A DNA stretch of 64,000 bases. Origin: Oikopleura dioica (taxonomy: Eukaryota; Animalia; Chordata). The notes beneath the pieces were generated by a model. It saw only the letters and a program-made list of their open reading frames with translations. It made no database searches and was not told the origin of the DNA. Position 1 is the stretch's first letter. Each line of letters starts with the position of its first letter. The translations under genes were made by a program, and so were the position numbers. Positions 52,678-64,000 of this stretch are shown here, one piece after another. The stretch spans positions 2,046,001 to 2,110,000 of the forward strand of contig OU015568.1 of NCBI GenBank assembly GCA_907165135.1, read 5' to 3'.

Positions 52678-54735
52678 ATGGCGATTCTTGATGCGTTGAC
52701 GCAAAGTTCAATCGCTATTCTTGTGCTTACTGCTATTGGCTTCAGGTAGAAACAGTAAAAAAGAATCGAAGAAATAAATGGATATTTAGCTATTTTTCTC
52801 CAAAAAAGAATTGTTTGAGTAAAGGATTTGGTTTGAATAAATAATTATTTTAACTGATAAGAGGCAAGGGTATATTTTTTGTTACGCCATTATTTTATCA
52901 ATAAGAATAATCAGAAGAAAAGGCCACGCACCTTAATTTCTCAAGCATTTATTGTCTTTACATTCAACCAATTTAAAGAAAAAGAAAAATCAAGGAGAGA
53001 TGCTGGAGAAAATCTTCAACGAAGCTATCTGATCTGCTATGGTTTGGCAGTGCTTGGGGATTGGCTTCAAGGACCATATGTTTATCGACTTTATATGGTC
53101 CATGGCTTAGGAAACGGTTTGTTTTTAGATGGAAATACAAGCATGTCTGACAGACATAAACAAATCGAAACCAGCTGAACACGAGATTCACAATCTCTTT
53201 GTCTGTGGCTTCTTTTCTGCCTGCGTTTTGGGTCCGTTCATGGGCGTGATTTGGGACAAATGCGGTCGCCTCTGTGGCATTCGCGTCTACGGACTCATGT
53301 ACGCTGCCTCGTGTTTTCTGACCGCGCACGGCAAGTCTTTTCCCGCCTTGATTCTAGGACGCATTCTCGGGGGAACTTCGACGGCAATTCTCTTCTCTGT
53401 CTTTGAGGCTTGGTTGGTTTCGCAGTCGGGCAAGATTGGATTGTCAGGAGATGCGCTTGGGAATATTTTTACGAAGCAGACGGTTGTTAACTCCCTCATT
53501 GCTGTTTCAAGGAAAGTTTTTTATAAGACCTAGAATCATTGATTTCAAAAATATTTTTGTTTTTTATAAACCATAAGCTCATAAAAATAATTTTCTTTTT
53601 ATAATTTAAACAGTTTATGACATCGGAATAATCGATTTATCCAGTACTTAAAGTAAGCAAAATGCTCTAGTTTGCTTGGAAGCACTCATAGTTGAATAAC
53701 ATTAACATTCGAAAAAAACTTTGAAAGTGGTCTTGTAGCCCAAAGTCTCGCAGACAGCATATCTGTCGAATCCGTTTTCGACCTTGCAGCTCTCGTCTGC
53801 CTCGCAGTGGCCATCTTTGCCGGAAACATTTTGAAAGAGGAGAATTTCGGGCAAAGTGAAAGTGTTCTGACAAGGTTTCCAAAGACATACTCATTTTTTT
53901 TCCTCGACAAAAATTTGAACCCTTGTCGACTTTTCTGACTTTTGGGAAACCTGAACAAAGAGCGGCTTCAGCAATGCGATGGGAACGATAATGAGCTCTT
54001 GGCCAATTTGCGCAGTTGGTCTCGTTCAATCACTTTTGAAGGAGCAATGTACGCTTTTGTTCTCATGTGGACTCCTGCTCTATCTATCGAAGGTGACGAT
54101 ATTCCCCACGGCCTGATCTTTTCTGCGCTCATGCTGGCAATGCTCAACGGGTCCTTGATGAAAGACAGATTCAACCCAAGACTCGAAGTTGTTCTTGGAT
54201 GCTCAGGAACAGGGATGAAAGATCGCAGCAGCTGATATTCGATGAAGATTTGAATATTTTCATCCCTCAATAAGCATTCGCATTGACGTCCGTTTCTGTT
54301 TTGAAAGTGATTTCTGTTCGCTTCGGTGCTTTTCTGACGTTTGAAAGCTGCGTCGGTGCGTTTTGGCCTCTCATGGCTGGATTGAGGTCCAAACTTGTGC
54401 CCGAGGATTCGAGATGTGCTGTTCTTTCACTTTTCAGGTTCAGTTTTGATACTTTATTCATTTTATGACATTTATTATTGGTATACAAAGGGAAGTCGCT
54501 GAGCTTATAATCGATGATCACTAAGAGTAGTCGACCGAACGATATATTTAAAATTCACGACTCAGAAATTTTAACAACTATTATGGTTTTCAATATTGTT
54601 TTCAGAGTACCGTTGAATCTTATCGTTATTTGGCTCCTGAGCTCGTCCCTAGAATTGGAAATGATCTTCGCTCTTTGCGGTGGCTTCCTTCTTATTACTG
54701 TACTTATTCTTGTAAGCATCCGCCCAAGACTTTGA
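52678..54735 (+). CDS. MFSD5: MFS molybdate-anion transporter MFSD5-like
   Basis: GDWLQGPYVYRLY, GRILGGTSTAILFSVFEAW, EENFG, QSLFEGAMYAFVLMWTPAL (across a 1-bp indel), FRVPLN. It has three GA-AG introns. Confidence 0.92.
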
Positions 54736-54852
54736 ACAACTTTTTACACTGCCAGAATTATTGCCAAATAAATTATTTGGTTTATTTGATACAATAAATC
54801 AAGATATCCTCATTATTTTATCTGGTAAAGATTTTTGGCAAGAAGACGAGAA

Positions 54853-55560
54853 TCAATGCAGGAACTCATTCAACCCAAAAATAAAAGAACAGAAATACGC
54901 GGCAGAATATGCGACAGAATACCGAATAAATGCATGTAAAATCAAATCACCGACATCGTAAGAAGGGATCACTGTCTTTTGTTCGCGAGGCCGCGTCATT
55001 GAAGATTCATTATCCAGGCGGTATAAAACGCGCTTATCTTCCCAAACAGTACACATTTTGTATCAAGAGATCAAAAACGAATAAAAAACTAAAAAAATGA
55101 TGCTCTTTTTTATTTCAAGTTTTGTTGCTCTCGCTTCAGGAAAATGTTCAAAAAGATTCGTCTTTTTTAAAAATTTTACTCAGTTTTTGAACGAAAAATG
55201 AAGGTTATTCTGTCTTTGACAAAAGACAGGCGAGCAAATCTTGGGAAGTAGCACAGTGCAAACACGATATTTTCTTCTGCAAGACTGTAAGTTATCTTCC
55301 CTGAAGAATTATGGACGATTTTTGGTCTTCGAAAAAGCAGTTCGATTTTCATGAAAAAGTTTTTAGTGCAAAACGTTTGGAATCAACCCTTACTCGCCTG
55401 ATTTTGTGACTCGAAGCCCACCAAAAGGTCTTGATGGTTCTTCTATCTTCGCGGTAAACTCTTATTTATTTCTTCTCCCCTTCATTTTCTTCAGGAACTT
55501 TGCGAGAAAAAACGTCCATGCTGCCAACTTGACGATTCTTTCACATTCTAAGATATCAAA
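54853..55560 (-). CDS. Possible unknown gene (fragmentary exons)
   Basis: Several open segments bounded by splice-like sites (e.g. SLAEENIVFALCYFPRF; terminal ORF 54853-55056). No domain recognised. Confidence 0.25.
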
Positions 55561-56187
55561 ACTGTTACTTGTCCATGTCACCTTTATTTATTGAATGTCC
55601 CAAAGCTAGAATAAAGTACAAAATTTGACCGATTGGAAGTTCACAAGAAAAAAAACAGGCGTGAGAAAAGAATCGGTCCTGGCTAGGGCACTTTATCAAT
55701 CAATGGTTCGGGAAATAAGGGGCTCCGATTTCTTGCTTGGTGAAGAACAGGGGTGTTATAAAAGGGATGAGGGCAGAAAAATGTTTATTTTAGGCAGTGA
55801 ATATTTTTGAAGGTAAGATAGGAATTTTACCAGAGAATAATTTCGGTTTTTGCTTTCAAAAAAGAGCGATTTTCCTTTGTTTTCCAGACAGCAAATACCA
55901 ATAAACAGACCCCCTTATCTTTTCCGCATTCCATCTGATTAGCGTGGCTTCCTCTGATTACGACTTTCCACCCATAAATCCATCAAGCACCCACCGCGCC
56001 TTCCATCTCCCATAAACAAATGCAATCACGTGTGAAGAATCAAAGATTCCCTCATCCCTTCTAAATCATCGCACATAAATTCGCGATCAGAAGCTCAACG
56101 AGCCGTGAATTTATCCCCCTAAAAGCCGCCAACTTTTCCCTTTCGCTGTCAGAATAGCATTTTCTAGCGTCAAAAAAACAAAAAAGG

Positions 56188-57878
56188 ATGAAGACTATCG
56201 CGATTTTCGGAACAATTTCTCAAGCAGCCCTTGTGCGAAACTATGCTCATTACGACGATGAGACCTGGAGAGCACCCATCTACGAGAGTAAGTAGCGACC
56301 ATAAGAGATGTTTTTGAAGGATTTTTCGGTAAATTTCTCTTTAAATTATCATTGACTTCTATTATTAATCATATACTGTATATGATATGAATCGTTAATT
56401 GACATCAGAAGATAAATGAGTTCGTTTTTATTGCAGGCTTAACGTTTTCGGAACAGAAATTCCATCATCAGAGCCGGTTGCTTGAAAACTTGACGATCTT
56501 TTAGCAAAGGAGAAACTGACCTTTTCTTGTAGAAGAGTGAACTGATCAATATTCCGAATAATAACTTGATCCCTAGCCACATTCTAGAGAAAATAATGTA
56601 ACTCGAACTATTTTTATAATCTCAGAGGCTCCAATTGCCTTCAAAACTATAATATAAATAATAATAATAATAATATAAAAATAGTTCGGGTTACATTATT
56701 TTCTCTAGAATGTGGCTAGGGATCAAGTTATTATTCGGAATATTGATCAGTTCACTCTTCTACAAGAAAAGGTCAGTTTCTCCTTTGCTAAAAGATCGTC
56801 AAGTTTTCAAGCAACCGGCTCTGATGATGGAATTTCTGTTCCGAAAACGTTAAGCCTGCAATAAAAACGAACTCATGTATATGATATACATACGTTTCTG
56901 AACTTTCATCGCTTATCTAATTACAAGTCTAAGATATTTCCGTACTTATTCAATCATTCAATAATTAATTTAAAATTTAGGCTTCCTGCCCGACCCCTGG
57001 TCTGACAAACCCTGCTACGACTACATCCATTCCGTCCACCCATCAAAATGGCTGAACGACGGACTCTTCCTTCCCGATTGCACCGCTGATGGTCTCTACC
57101 ACCCTACTCAATGCAACTTCCAGAACCATCGGTAAACTAAACATCCTACAAAAGAAAGTAATCATCGAATTCAGCTGCTGGTGCGTCGAACCCGACGGTC
57201 AAAAAATCGCGAATTCCGAGATTCCCCTCTGGCGGGTTATTCGCGAGCCGGAAACGGCAAAATGCATCCATCGCTTCAGGTAGAAAAACTGTTCAAAAAC
57301 CTCTTCATAATCTTTATTTAGGGAATTCCTGAACGGAAAGGGTCGTTTCCCAGTGAACAACATCATCGAAAAATCAACAACGACAACCGAAGAGCCAGCA
57401 ACTTCAACTTTCAATCCCAAGTGGGCCGAAACGACTTATTCGGTGCAGACAGAAGCTACTACTGCTCTGACAGATTCATTTACATCTACTGAAGCTGGTG
57501 AGTCATTCTCTTTTACCTTATTATTCAACTCTTCTTTTAGCCACAATTATTATGGAGGACTCCGATCCCGTAACTACTCCTGCCGAATCAACCACATTTT
57601 CAAACACCGCTGTTCCGTCGCTCCCAACCACCACTGAAGAATTCCTCCAGATCGAGCTCTTCCCAATTCTGAACCTTGAATCTTCGGAGACTGAAGATAG
57701 CCAGCTCGTGACTCTGACTGGCCCTGGAATCTTCGCAGCGCCGAAAGAAGAGGATTTTGTCAAATTCTCGAGCTCCAACTTTGCCGTCGCGATGATGAAA
57801 GCACCTGAGGAGGAGATTCTCCTGATCGAAGAAGGATCTGGCGCGACTGAGGTTCATCTCGAAGGCTCTGGAGAATAA
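56188..57878 (+). CDS. Secreted thyroglobulin type-1 domain protein with Thr/Glu-rich tail
   Basis: MKTIAIFG..; PC...FLPDCTADGLYHPTQC..|CWCVEPDG (Tg1 QC/CWCV signature); the acidic tail ends in an EGSGE motif (EEGSG, a possible GAG attachment site). Confidence 0.8.
56416..56876. repeat. Near-perfect palindrome (about 200-bp arms, about 55-bp spacer with (AAT)n) in intron 1 of the Tg1 gene
   Basis: 56416-56618 is the reverse complement of about 56674-56876. I saw only one mismatch by eye. Confidence 0.95.
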
Positions 57879-58041
57879 GGCAACACGATTCTGCTACGTA
57901 ATTATCCGATATTCTTTCACGCTCGTTTTTTTGCTCTTGTCTGTAAAAATAAATGCTAAATAAAGAAAAACACAAAAATATCGCTAGAATGTCAATATTT
58001 TCTTAGTCAATTATGAGTTCTCAGGTAGTTTTACAAAGAAA

Positions 58042-58902
58042 ATGTCGAGGAAGGAATATTCCTCAGAGTATGACTCAGAGTACTATTATTCTGAATCTGA
58101 TTACGATTTGTCGGAGTCGAATCAGTCCAAAAGCGAATATGAGTACGAATACGAGTATTCGGGCGCGTCAGAATCTGCGCCTCTGCCAAGAGCAGGAGAA
58201 CTCACGAAGGTTGGCGTAGATCAAAATTTTGATAAAATTGACAGTTGAATATTCAGAAAAGTAAGCACGTGAGTCCACAAATTCAGCGAAAAGTTGACTT
58301 GTGGGAAGACAGGATCGCAAGAGAAGGTCCTGAAGCAATCATAGCGCCTCTTCAGGAAGAGATTTTTACTTCTGAATGATTGATTTTGTTTTCATGAACT
58401 ATGAATCTCGCGAAGCTTGAGAAACATCAGCTGCCGAAGATAACAAAAGCTCAATCCCCACGATGCTCTTATCGCAGTCCTCGATTCAGACGAGTCCTTC
58501 CTGTCGAGACATGCAGGTCGACAACATACAGATATTACGTAACCGATGCTTTCTGTTCAATTTGCAATCCAACAATCCTTCGCCAGATCATCAGAAGACT
58601 CCAGAAAAGATGGATTCTTACTCTCGGTAATCAATATTATTGGTCTAACAGTCCCTTATGACTCAGGATATTTTCTGTCATTGCTCGTTTTGTCTTCATT
58701 CCCAACTTGCGCTACAAGCAGGCGTAGAGTTTATCACAATGCTGGCTCGAAACTAGACTGGCCATTCGAAACACTTCTACTGTATGTCTGGACGACTGAC
58801 TGGTTCGCTCCGACTGGGATCATCAACGACTGCACGGAAGTCTACACATTCTCGTTAGGTGCTCTTTTGACCCTTGCTTTTGGAACGCTTATCTTTCTAT
58901 AA
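58042..58902 (+). CDS. Unknown protein: Tyr/Glu/Ser-rich N-terminus, Cys/Arg-rich middle, hydrophobic C-terminus (may be two genes)
   Basis: ORFs 58042-58248, 58401-58661 and 58546-58902 are bounded by plausible splice sites. No family recognised. Confidence 0.4.
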
Positions 58903-59163
58903 ATCATTTTTGACCAATAAATTAATTTTTCATCAATTCATCAACTTTTTTAAACCTCCCTCTCCACTTCCTCTTTCCACTTATTTTCTCAACTTTACGC
59001 CCCCTTCGATCTCAACCCAATATCTTAATAATGATTATCCATTGCGTACGTAAAGTCGCCCCACCACGGGAAGAATGGAATCCGAAGCCTTTCCATTTTC
59101 GGGCAGCGGATTTTCTTGCCGCTTCGTCAGCTGCTAATTACCCGGGCATCTAAATAATCGGAC

Positions 59164-59469
59164 TCACAAGATCAAGCCATCATGTGAAGTTCTCTCAAAA
59201 TAGAACATCCTTCTCGAAGGATCATCAGGAGTGAATGCCCGAATAATTGTTCGTAAGAGTTCAATTCTCGGGTGATTATTGGATGGTACTCTTATCTTTA
59301 TTTTCTGTATCAAGCAGGACCCTAATTGAACTCTTGTTTTCTCTAAAGAGAAATACCTTTGACCCACCAGGTTACTTCCATATATGATCAAGATGCTCAG
59401 ACTCAGAGTCAAGAATCTAGACTTCATAGTTTTTCTGGCATATTTATTTTTGCGACAAAGTTCAAACAT
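59164..59469 (-). CDS. Possible first exon of a type II membrane protein
   Basis: Basic N-terminus + hydrophobic FLTLSLSILIIYG; the ORF ends at a GTGAG donor. Downstream exons were not resolved. Confidence 0.3.
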   Translation of the reverse strand: MFELCRKNKYARKTMKSRFLTLSLSILIIYGSNLVGQRYFSLEKTRVQLGSCLIQKIKIRVPSNNHPRIELLRTIIRAFTPDDPSRRMFYFERTSHDGLIL

Positions 59470-60236
59470 TAGCTACCAGACAGGAGGAAAACACTCCTAG
59501 TGACTGAAAATTTCATATTTCTGCCAAGCTACTAAAAATAGGCCTTCTTTGAGCACATAGTAACCGGCTTATGAGTACAGTATTTTCTTTAACTACTTGT
59601 GTGGTCGGTTTTTTAGACATAACAAAGAGTCATGGAAATAAACTGTCGTTAACATGTTCAAATTTCCGTAACAACACAAATAAGTTTTGATTAGACATTG
59701 TCTTGGTTCATAGTAGTCCTCAATTTGTATAGCCAATTATAATATTATGTTGTTAGGATTTCGAATCTCAACTCCTTATTGAAATTGGCCTTGATAAAAA
59801 ATCAAAATACCGGCCTAAGGGGTTGTCACACCGGTGTATCTTCATCATGCTCTTATTTTCATGCTTTCCAAATATCTAACTCGAAAACATCAATAGCAAA
59901 TTTAATGTCAAGCCGGTACGGCTTCTGTTGATTTCCTGCCCTCTGGGCCCTCGCCCCTTGTCATCAGAAAACGTTTTTTACTTCAAAAACTACCTGTTCG
60001 TGCTGAGAAGTTGTGACATTGGTTGTCTGACGGAACGAACCAGGATGGAGAACCGTGCGGTTGACAGGTTTAACGACGTGGCAGGTGGAAAAATGGCTCT
60101 AACAGCTGATAACTGGGACACTGAAGGTGACGCTCAAGACTTAAAAATGGAAGAAAATTGATTTTAAAGGGGGCTGAAGGTTGCATTTGAACCTGAGCAT
60201 GAACGAATAGAAAGTTAATGACCTTTTACACAACTT

Positions 60237-62191
60237 TTATGAAGAGTAATTAAGGGTATCTCCCCAGAAAAACCTGATTTTGAGCCATTGAAAAACGACA
60301 ATTTTTGATAAGAAAGACCGAGCCCGATTTGAACAAGAGAAAGAGACATAAGTTCGGGCCTTGTTTTCAACGTCCAGCGGAAAAAGATAGATAGCGCCCT
60401 TAAGAAAAAAGCTCGCATTTAACAAGAGCAACAAGTTGTTGCGAGTCACCACTTGCCACTCACTACGACAGTCCACGGCTTCGTGCCGTCCAAACCCGCG
60501 TTTTTTTATTTTTCCTTTGGACTCACGCTTTTTTTTCGCAGAGCGAAGGAAGGCTCGGGAAAAGTAGAAGAAAGAGAGTAGAGAATCTCGTAAACACCAC
60601 AGATCTGTAGAAGCAGATTTGAAAGAAGAACGAAAAGAAAAAAACAAGAAGAATAACAAGATGATGGGACAGATTGTCTCACGATTTTGGTTTTTCCTTC
60701 TGGGTTCAATTGTTCTAAGGTAAGCGACTTGTTCTTTGAATCAATTCTGCTAACAAAAATTCGAAGAAAAAAGAAAGTTAGATATTTCTAAGAGCTTAAT
60801 AAGGGAATTAAAGGACTAAATGAATAATAATCAAGGTCACAAATCATTTTCCCTACATAAAAATTATAGTCACCGAAGTTTTGGGTCCCCAACGATACAT
60901 TTTTAATCGATTACCTTGTTCCTCTCGTTGCATTTTACAGCAAAATTTCCATAAAAAACACAGCTCGTATTCTAGAATTATATATTCTACGAATATCAGC
61001 ATTGATTGAGCCTTTATTCTCAGACTAAGTGTGGGGTTACCTTAGTAAGACTGTCTGATTCTTTGAGACGTATCTGCGGAAGAAAGTTATTAGTCTTCTT
61101 CTCAATAGAAACTGTGCATCCTCAAATTAATTTCTATAAAAAGACGATTCTCCACGTCATGTCCCCGTCTTTCTTCGTCCATCGAAAGACACGGGGGATG
61201 AAGACGAGAGTTCCTGAGTCTGACTGTCTTCACGTGAAATCGTCTCCTAATCGGAATCACGAGAATCTCGTTATCCGCAATTTGTCTGGAGCAATTTTCG
61301 GTGTCCGAGGTGGAAATTTGAGGGCACGAGAAAAGTTCGTTGACCTCTTTAATTTGCTCAATTAGTGAATTTTCGTGTTTTCTTGGGTTCATTTGGCACA
61401 AAGTTCGGGTTTAAATTTCAAGACACAATGATCTTTCGAAAATAAAAGGTCCTTTATTAAGGGTATCACTACCCTTAAAAGCCTTTAACCGACAAAAACA
61501 TGAATGATGTTCGTAATAATGAGTAAAATAAGAACGGCACTTAAAAAGTCCAAAATACGTCAAATTCATGATATAATCCAGCTTCCACCTGTTTATTGCT
61601 CCAATAATAACGCAATGATAGCGCAAACAGACCTAATCTTGACCTAAGAATTGAGAATTTGTCGCGTAAACTCGTCAATAAGGGTACCATGTTCAAAAGT
61701 CACTTTTTTCAAACTCGAAAACATCATCTTCTGTTGCGCTAACATCCAGAACCAAGGGCTATCGTTTGACTTATTTTGAGAAGGTGTTAACTGATTTTAC
61801 GCAAATCAAGCTAGGACACCCTTAACTCGTTTTCAGTGGAGTTCAAGGTGACTGTCAAGAAGCCCCCGAAAGCCGGCGCAATCTGGAGATACTGTTCATC
61901 AACAGCTGGAGCCACTTTTACTGCAAGATTCCGCACGATGGGAGGCTGCACAACAGGACAATTTCTCGATCTCCTTTACCAGCGACCATACATTCAGAGA
62001 AGCAAAAAGAATGTCTCGAAAATTTCAACGAAAACAATCCCGTCATAAAGAGGGTCTTCCGACCGGGTAAGAAATAAGGCAATTTCTGAGGCTAAGAAAA
62101 TTTTTTCTAGTGCAAGAGTGCATCCGAGCGCAGCAAAAAGAAAGCAACACTCGAAGAAAAACCGATTGTTTTTCGGATCGAAGTCCGTCAA
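60237..62191 (-). CDS. Candidate highly divergent FGF-like (beta-trefoil) secreted protein
   Basis: Ordered minus-strand segments VRNLAVKV..QYLQIAP / ILVIP..TVRLRNSR..CLSMDE / DCRSEW.V..NN..LL.ASF..IYLFPLD....R.FL, preceded by a hydrophobic leader. Similarity judged by eye; the start codon and one junction are unresolved. Confidence 0.4.
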
Positions 62192-63032
62192 GCCTCACTC
62201 CAGAGCTTCGAAAACTTATGATGTCCCTCGTGAATGTTTCTCACAAGTGCTGGTAACCGTTAATTTAGTGTTTCAAAGTGATTGACATAATTTTAAGTGA
62301 ATACTTCCCAAAGGAATCCTACACTGTTGCAAAGAGGGAGCAATTCATAAGGTAAGCAAAACTGGATAGCTGGCATTTTGCTAACTCAGAGAGATAAGTC
62401 TCCATTATCGGTCAGACGGACACATTTCGCGAGAGCTTTTTTTTACGTTGGTCGGTCAGTATCTATCTTAGATATTTCTTTAGCCGACGAAAAAACAGAT
62501 TCAGCGTCTGTATGAAGCGAAGATTCGACTTTCTCCTCAATCAGTTCAACCAAAAATACGACGTCACCAAGCAACTTGATTCCCTAAAGCTAGTAAACAA
62601 CCCTTAATTAGCGAAGGTTTCTTTGTTCCTCATTTTCTTGATCATCGAATTTAAATTTACAAGGTTCTCTCTCTCTTTTGCTTCCAATCGTTATTACGGT
62701 ATTATATGTATTCCGCGAAAAATTCTCTATTGATATAAAAGGTTATCTTCTCCCAGTTGTCAGTTCGATTTTAAATCTACGGATCTTCCTATCTTTATTT
62801 AATTAATGAAAATCACTTGCAGAAAAAACTGATCCTGTATGCTACACCTTGATTTTAACACACTGTGTCCCCATGAAGAAAAAATAAACAAAAAAAATCT
62901 GAATTTGTGATTGGATTACATTTATTACAAATATATTAATTTCTAGCAAAGCAAACTTCCGGTTCAAGTATCAGTTTTCAATAAGGAGAATGTACAGTTA
63001 ATTTCCTTCACTCTTCAAGCCTCAGCCGCAAT

Positions 63033-63530
63033 TTAATTAAGCATACTTTCCATCAAGTCGTAGAAATTGTAGTCCAAATCGAGGTCGATCTATAAAAAAT
63101 CGTTATTTTTTGGTCGAAAAATGAGTTTTCACGAAAAAAAAAATTTAATCAAAAAACGGACTTACCGGTACGATTTGCTCGCAGACGCCCAAATTGTCCG
63201 GCAGATCATTATTTCTGACGCATTCCAAGTCCTCTCGGCACATGTCCAATCCTGGGTTGACGCTCGGGTTGCAGATATCGCCTTCCTGTAGCTCGCAAAC
63301 GCGGGTGCAAAACATCACATCCCACACTCGTCCAAATTCACAGTCGCGCTTCTGGAAGTACTCGGATCTTCCGTTGAACCTTTCTGATGGTTCCCACTGA
63401 AATAAAAATGTTAAAATCAAGTCGAAAATGCGACTGAGGTTAAAGGAAGTTATAAGGGAAAAGTCGGCTAGACGGAGGGAAATCATAAAGGAAACAATTA
63501 CTGTAATAAAAACAAGCCTAAAAGACCTGT
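63033..63530 (-). CDS. Small protein with IGFBP N-terminal (IB)/neuroparsin-like Cys domain
   Basis: DCEFGRVWDVMFCTRVCELQEGDIC...MCREDLEC......GVC, then a GTAAG donor and the last exon IDLDLDYNFYDLMESMLN-stop. The 5' end is uncertain. Confidence 0.55.
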
Positions 63531-64000
63531 TTTCAGGTCTTTTCGAGTTGAAATCAGAACAAAAACGGACTTTTTGAACCCTCTTTATTTAATTGGTTTT
63601 GATTTCTAATGAAAAATATGCAAATTTGATTGTCAATTTTAGTAAAACTGTACCTGTGAGTCTCCAGTCATCAAAATCTGATCATTGAGAACATCGCATT
63701 GAGTGACCATTCTTCGCTGCAAGTAGTGTCCTTTCACTGTTATCATCATAAAATTGAGTGCTAGCTGGCTTATCATCATCATCGTTTTTTCTTCTTTCCA
63801 GTCGTTACTGTCGTTACTGTAACTGTTGCTGACCACTAGAGGTAGTGAATCGTTTGTAGTAGTTACTGTAGTTTGCTTTTAGTCTGCTTGCTTTTCGTGC
63901 TGATTTCTATCTAAAGAAAAAGCTTTGTTGTTTTGTTTGGTTGTTTTTCCTTCTCGGTAAAACTCTTGGATCTACTGACAAGTTCGGGCAAACCTGCCCT

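Noticed and set aside
53512-53727. 10-bp inverted ends (AAAGTTTTTT / AAAAAAACTTT) in an MFSD5 intron, suggesting an Introner
   Set aside because: The match is low-complexity A/T and has no TSD, so it is likely chance.

Overview
Very compact, AT-rich eukaryotic (animal) DNA with about 25-30 small genes, mostly 35-70 nt introns and several non-canonical GA-AG introns. This architecture points to a larvacean tunicate such as Oikopleura (inference, not a database result). Recognisable genes: POGLUT2/3 (KDELC)-type glycosyltransferase, E-protein bHLH (TCF3/4/12), a ~4000-aa secreted CLECT + 8x VWD-C8-TIL protein with a 2337-nt intragenic repeat, a trypsin-type protease, JAM-like Ig protein, PERP/TMEM47-like tetraspan, PACSIN-like F-BAR, HGSNAT, profilin, MFSD5, PAN/apple, thyroglobulin-1 and IGFBP-like proteins, three Cys-rich/kelch-like paralogues, tRNA-Glu(CTC) and tRNA-Leu(AAG). 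Three MITEs with TIRs and TSDs and two long palindromes are present. Best leads: (1) a hAT-like MITE with an 8-bp TSD sitting inside a coding exon of HGSNAT, either a nascent transposon-derived intron or a null allele; (2) four tandem small secreted proteins whose motifs resemble augurin/ECRG4; (3) two secreted-peptide genes nested antisense in a GA-AG intron of HGSNAT; (4) an F-BAR protein with an MGCxxSK acylation motif and no visible SH3; (5) a candidate very divergent FGF-like gene. All gene models were read by eye and exon boundaries are approximate unless stated.
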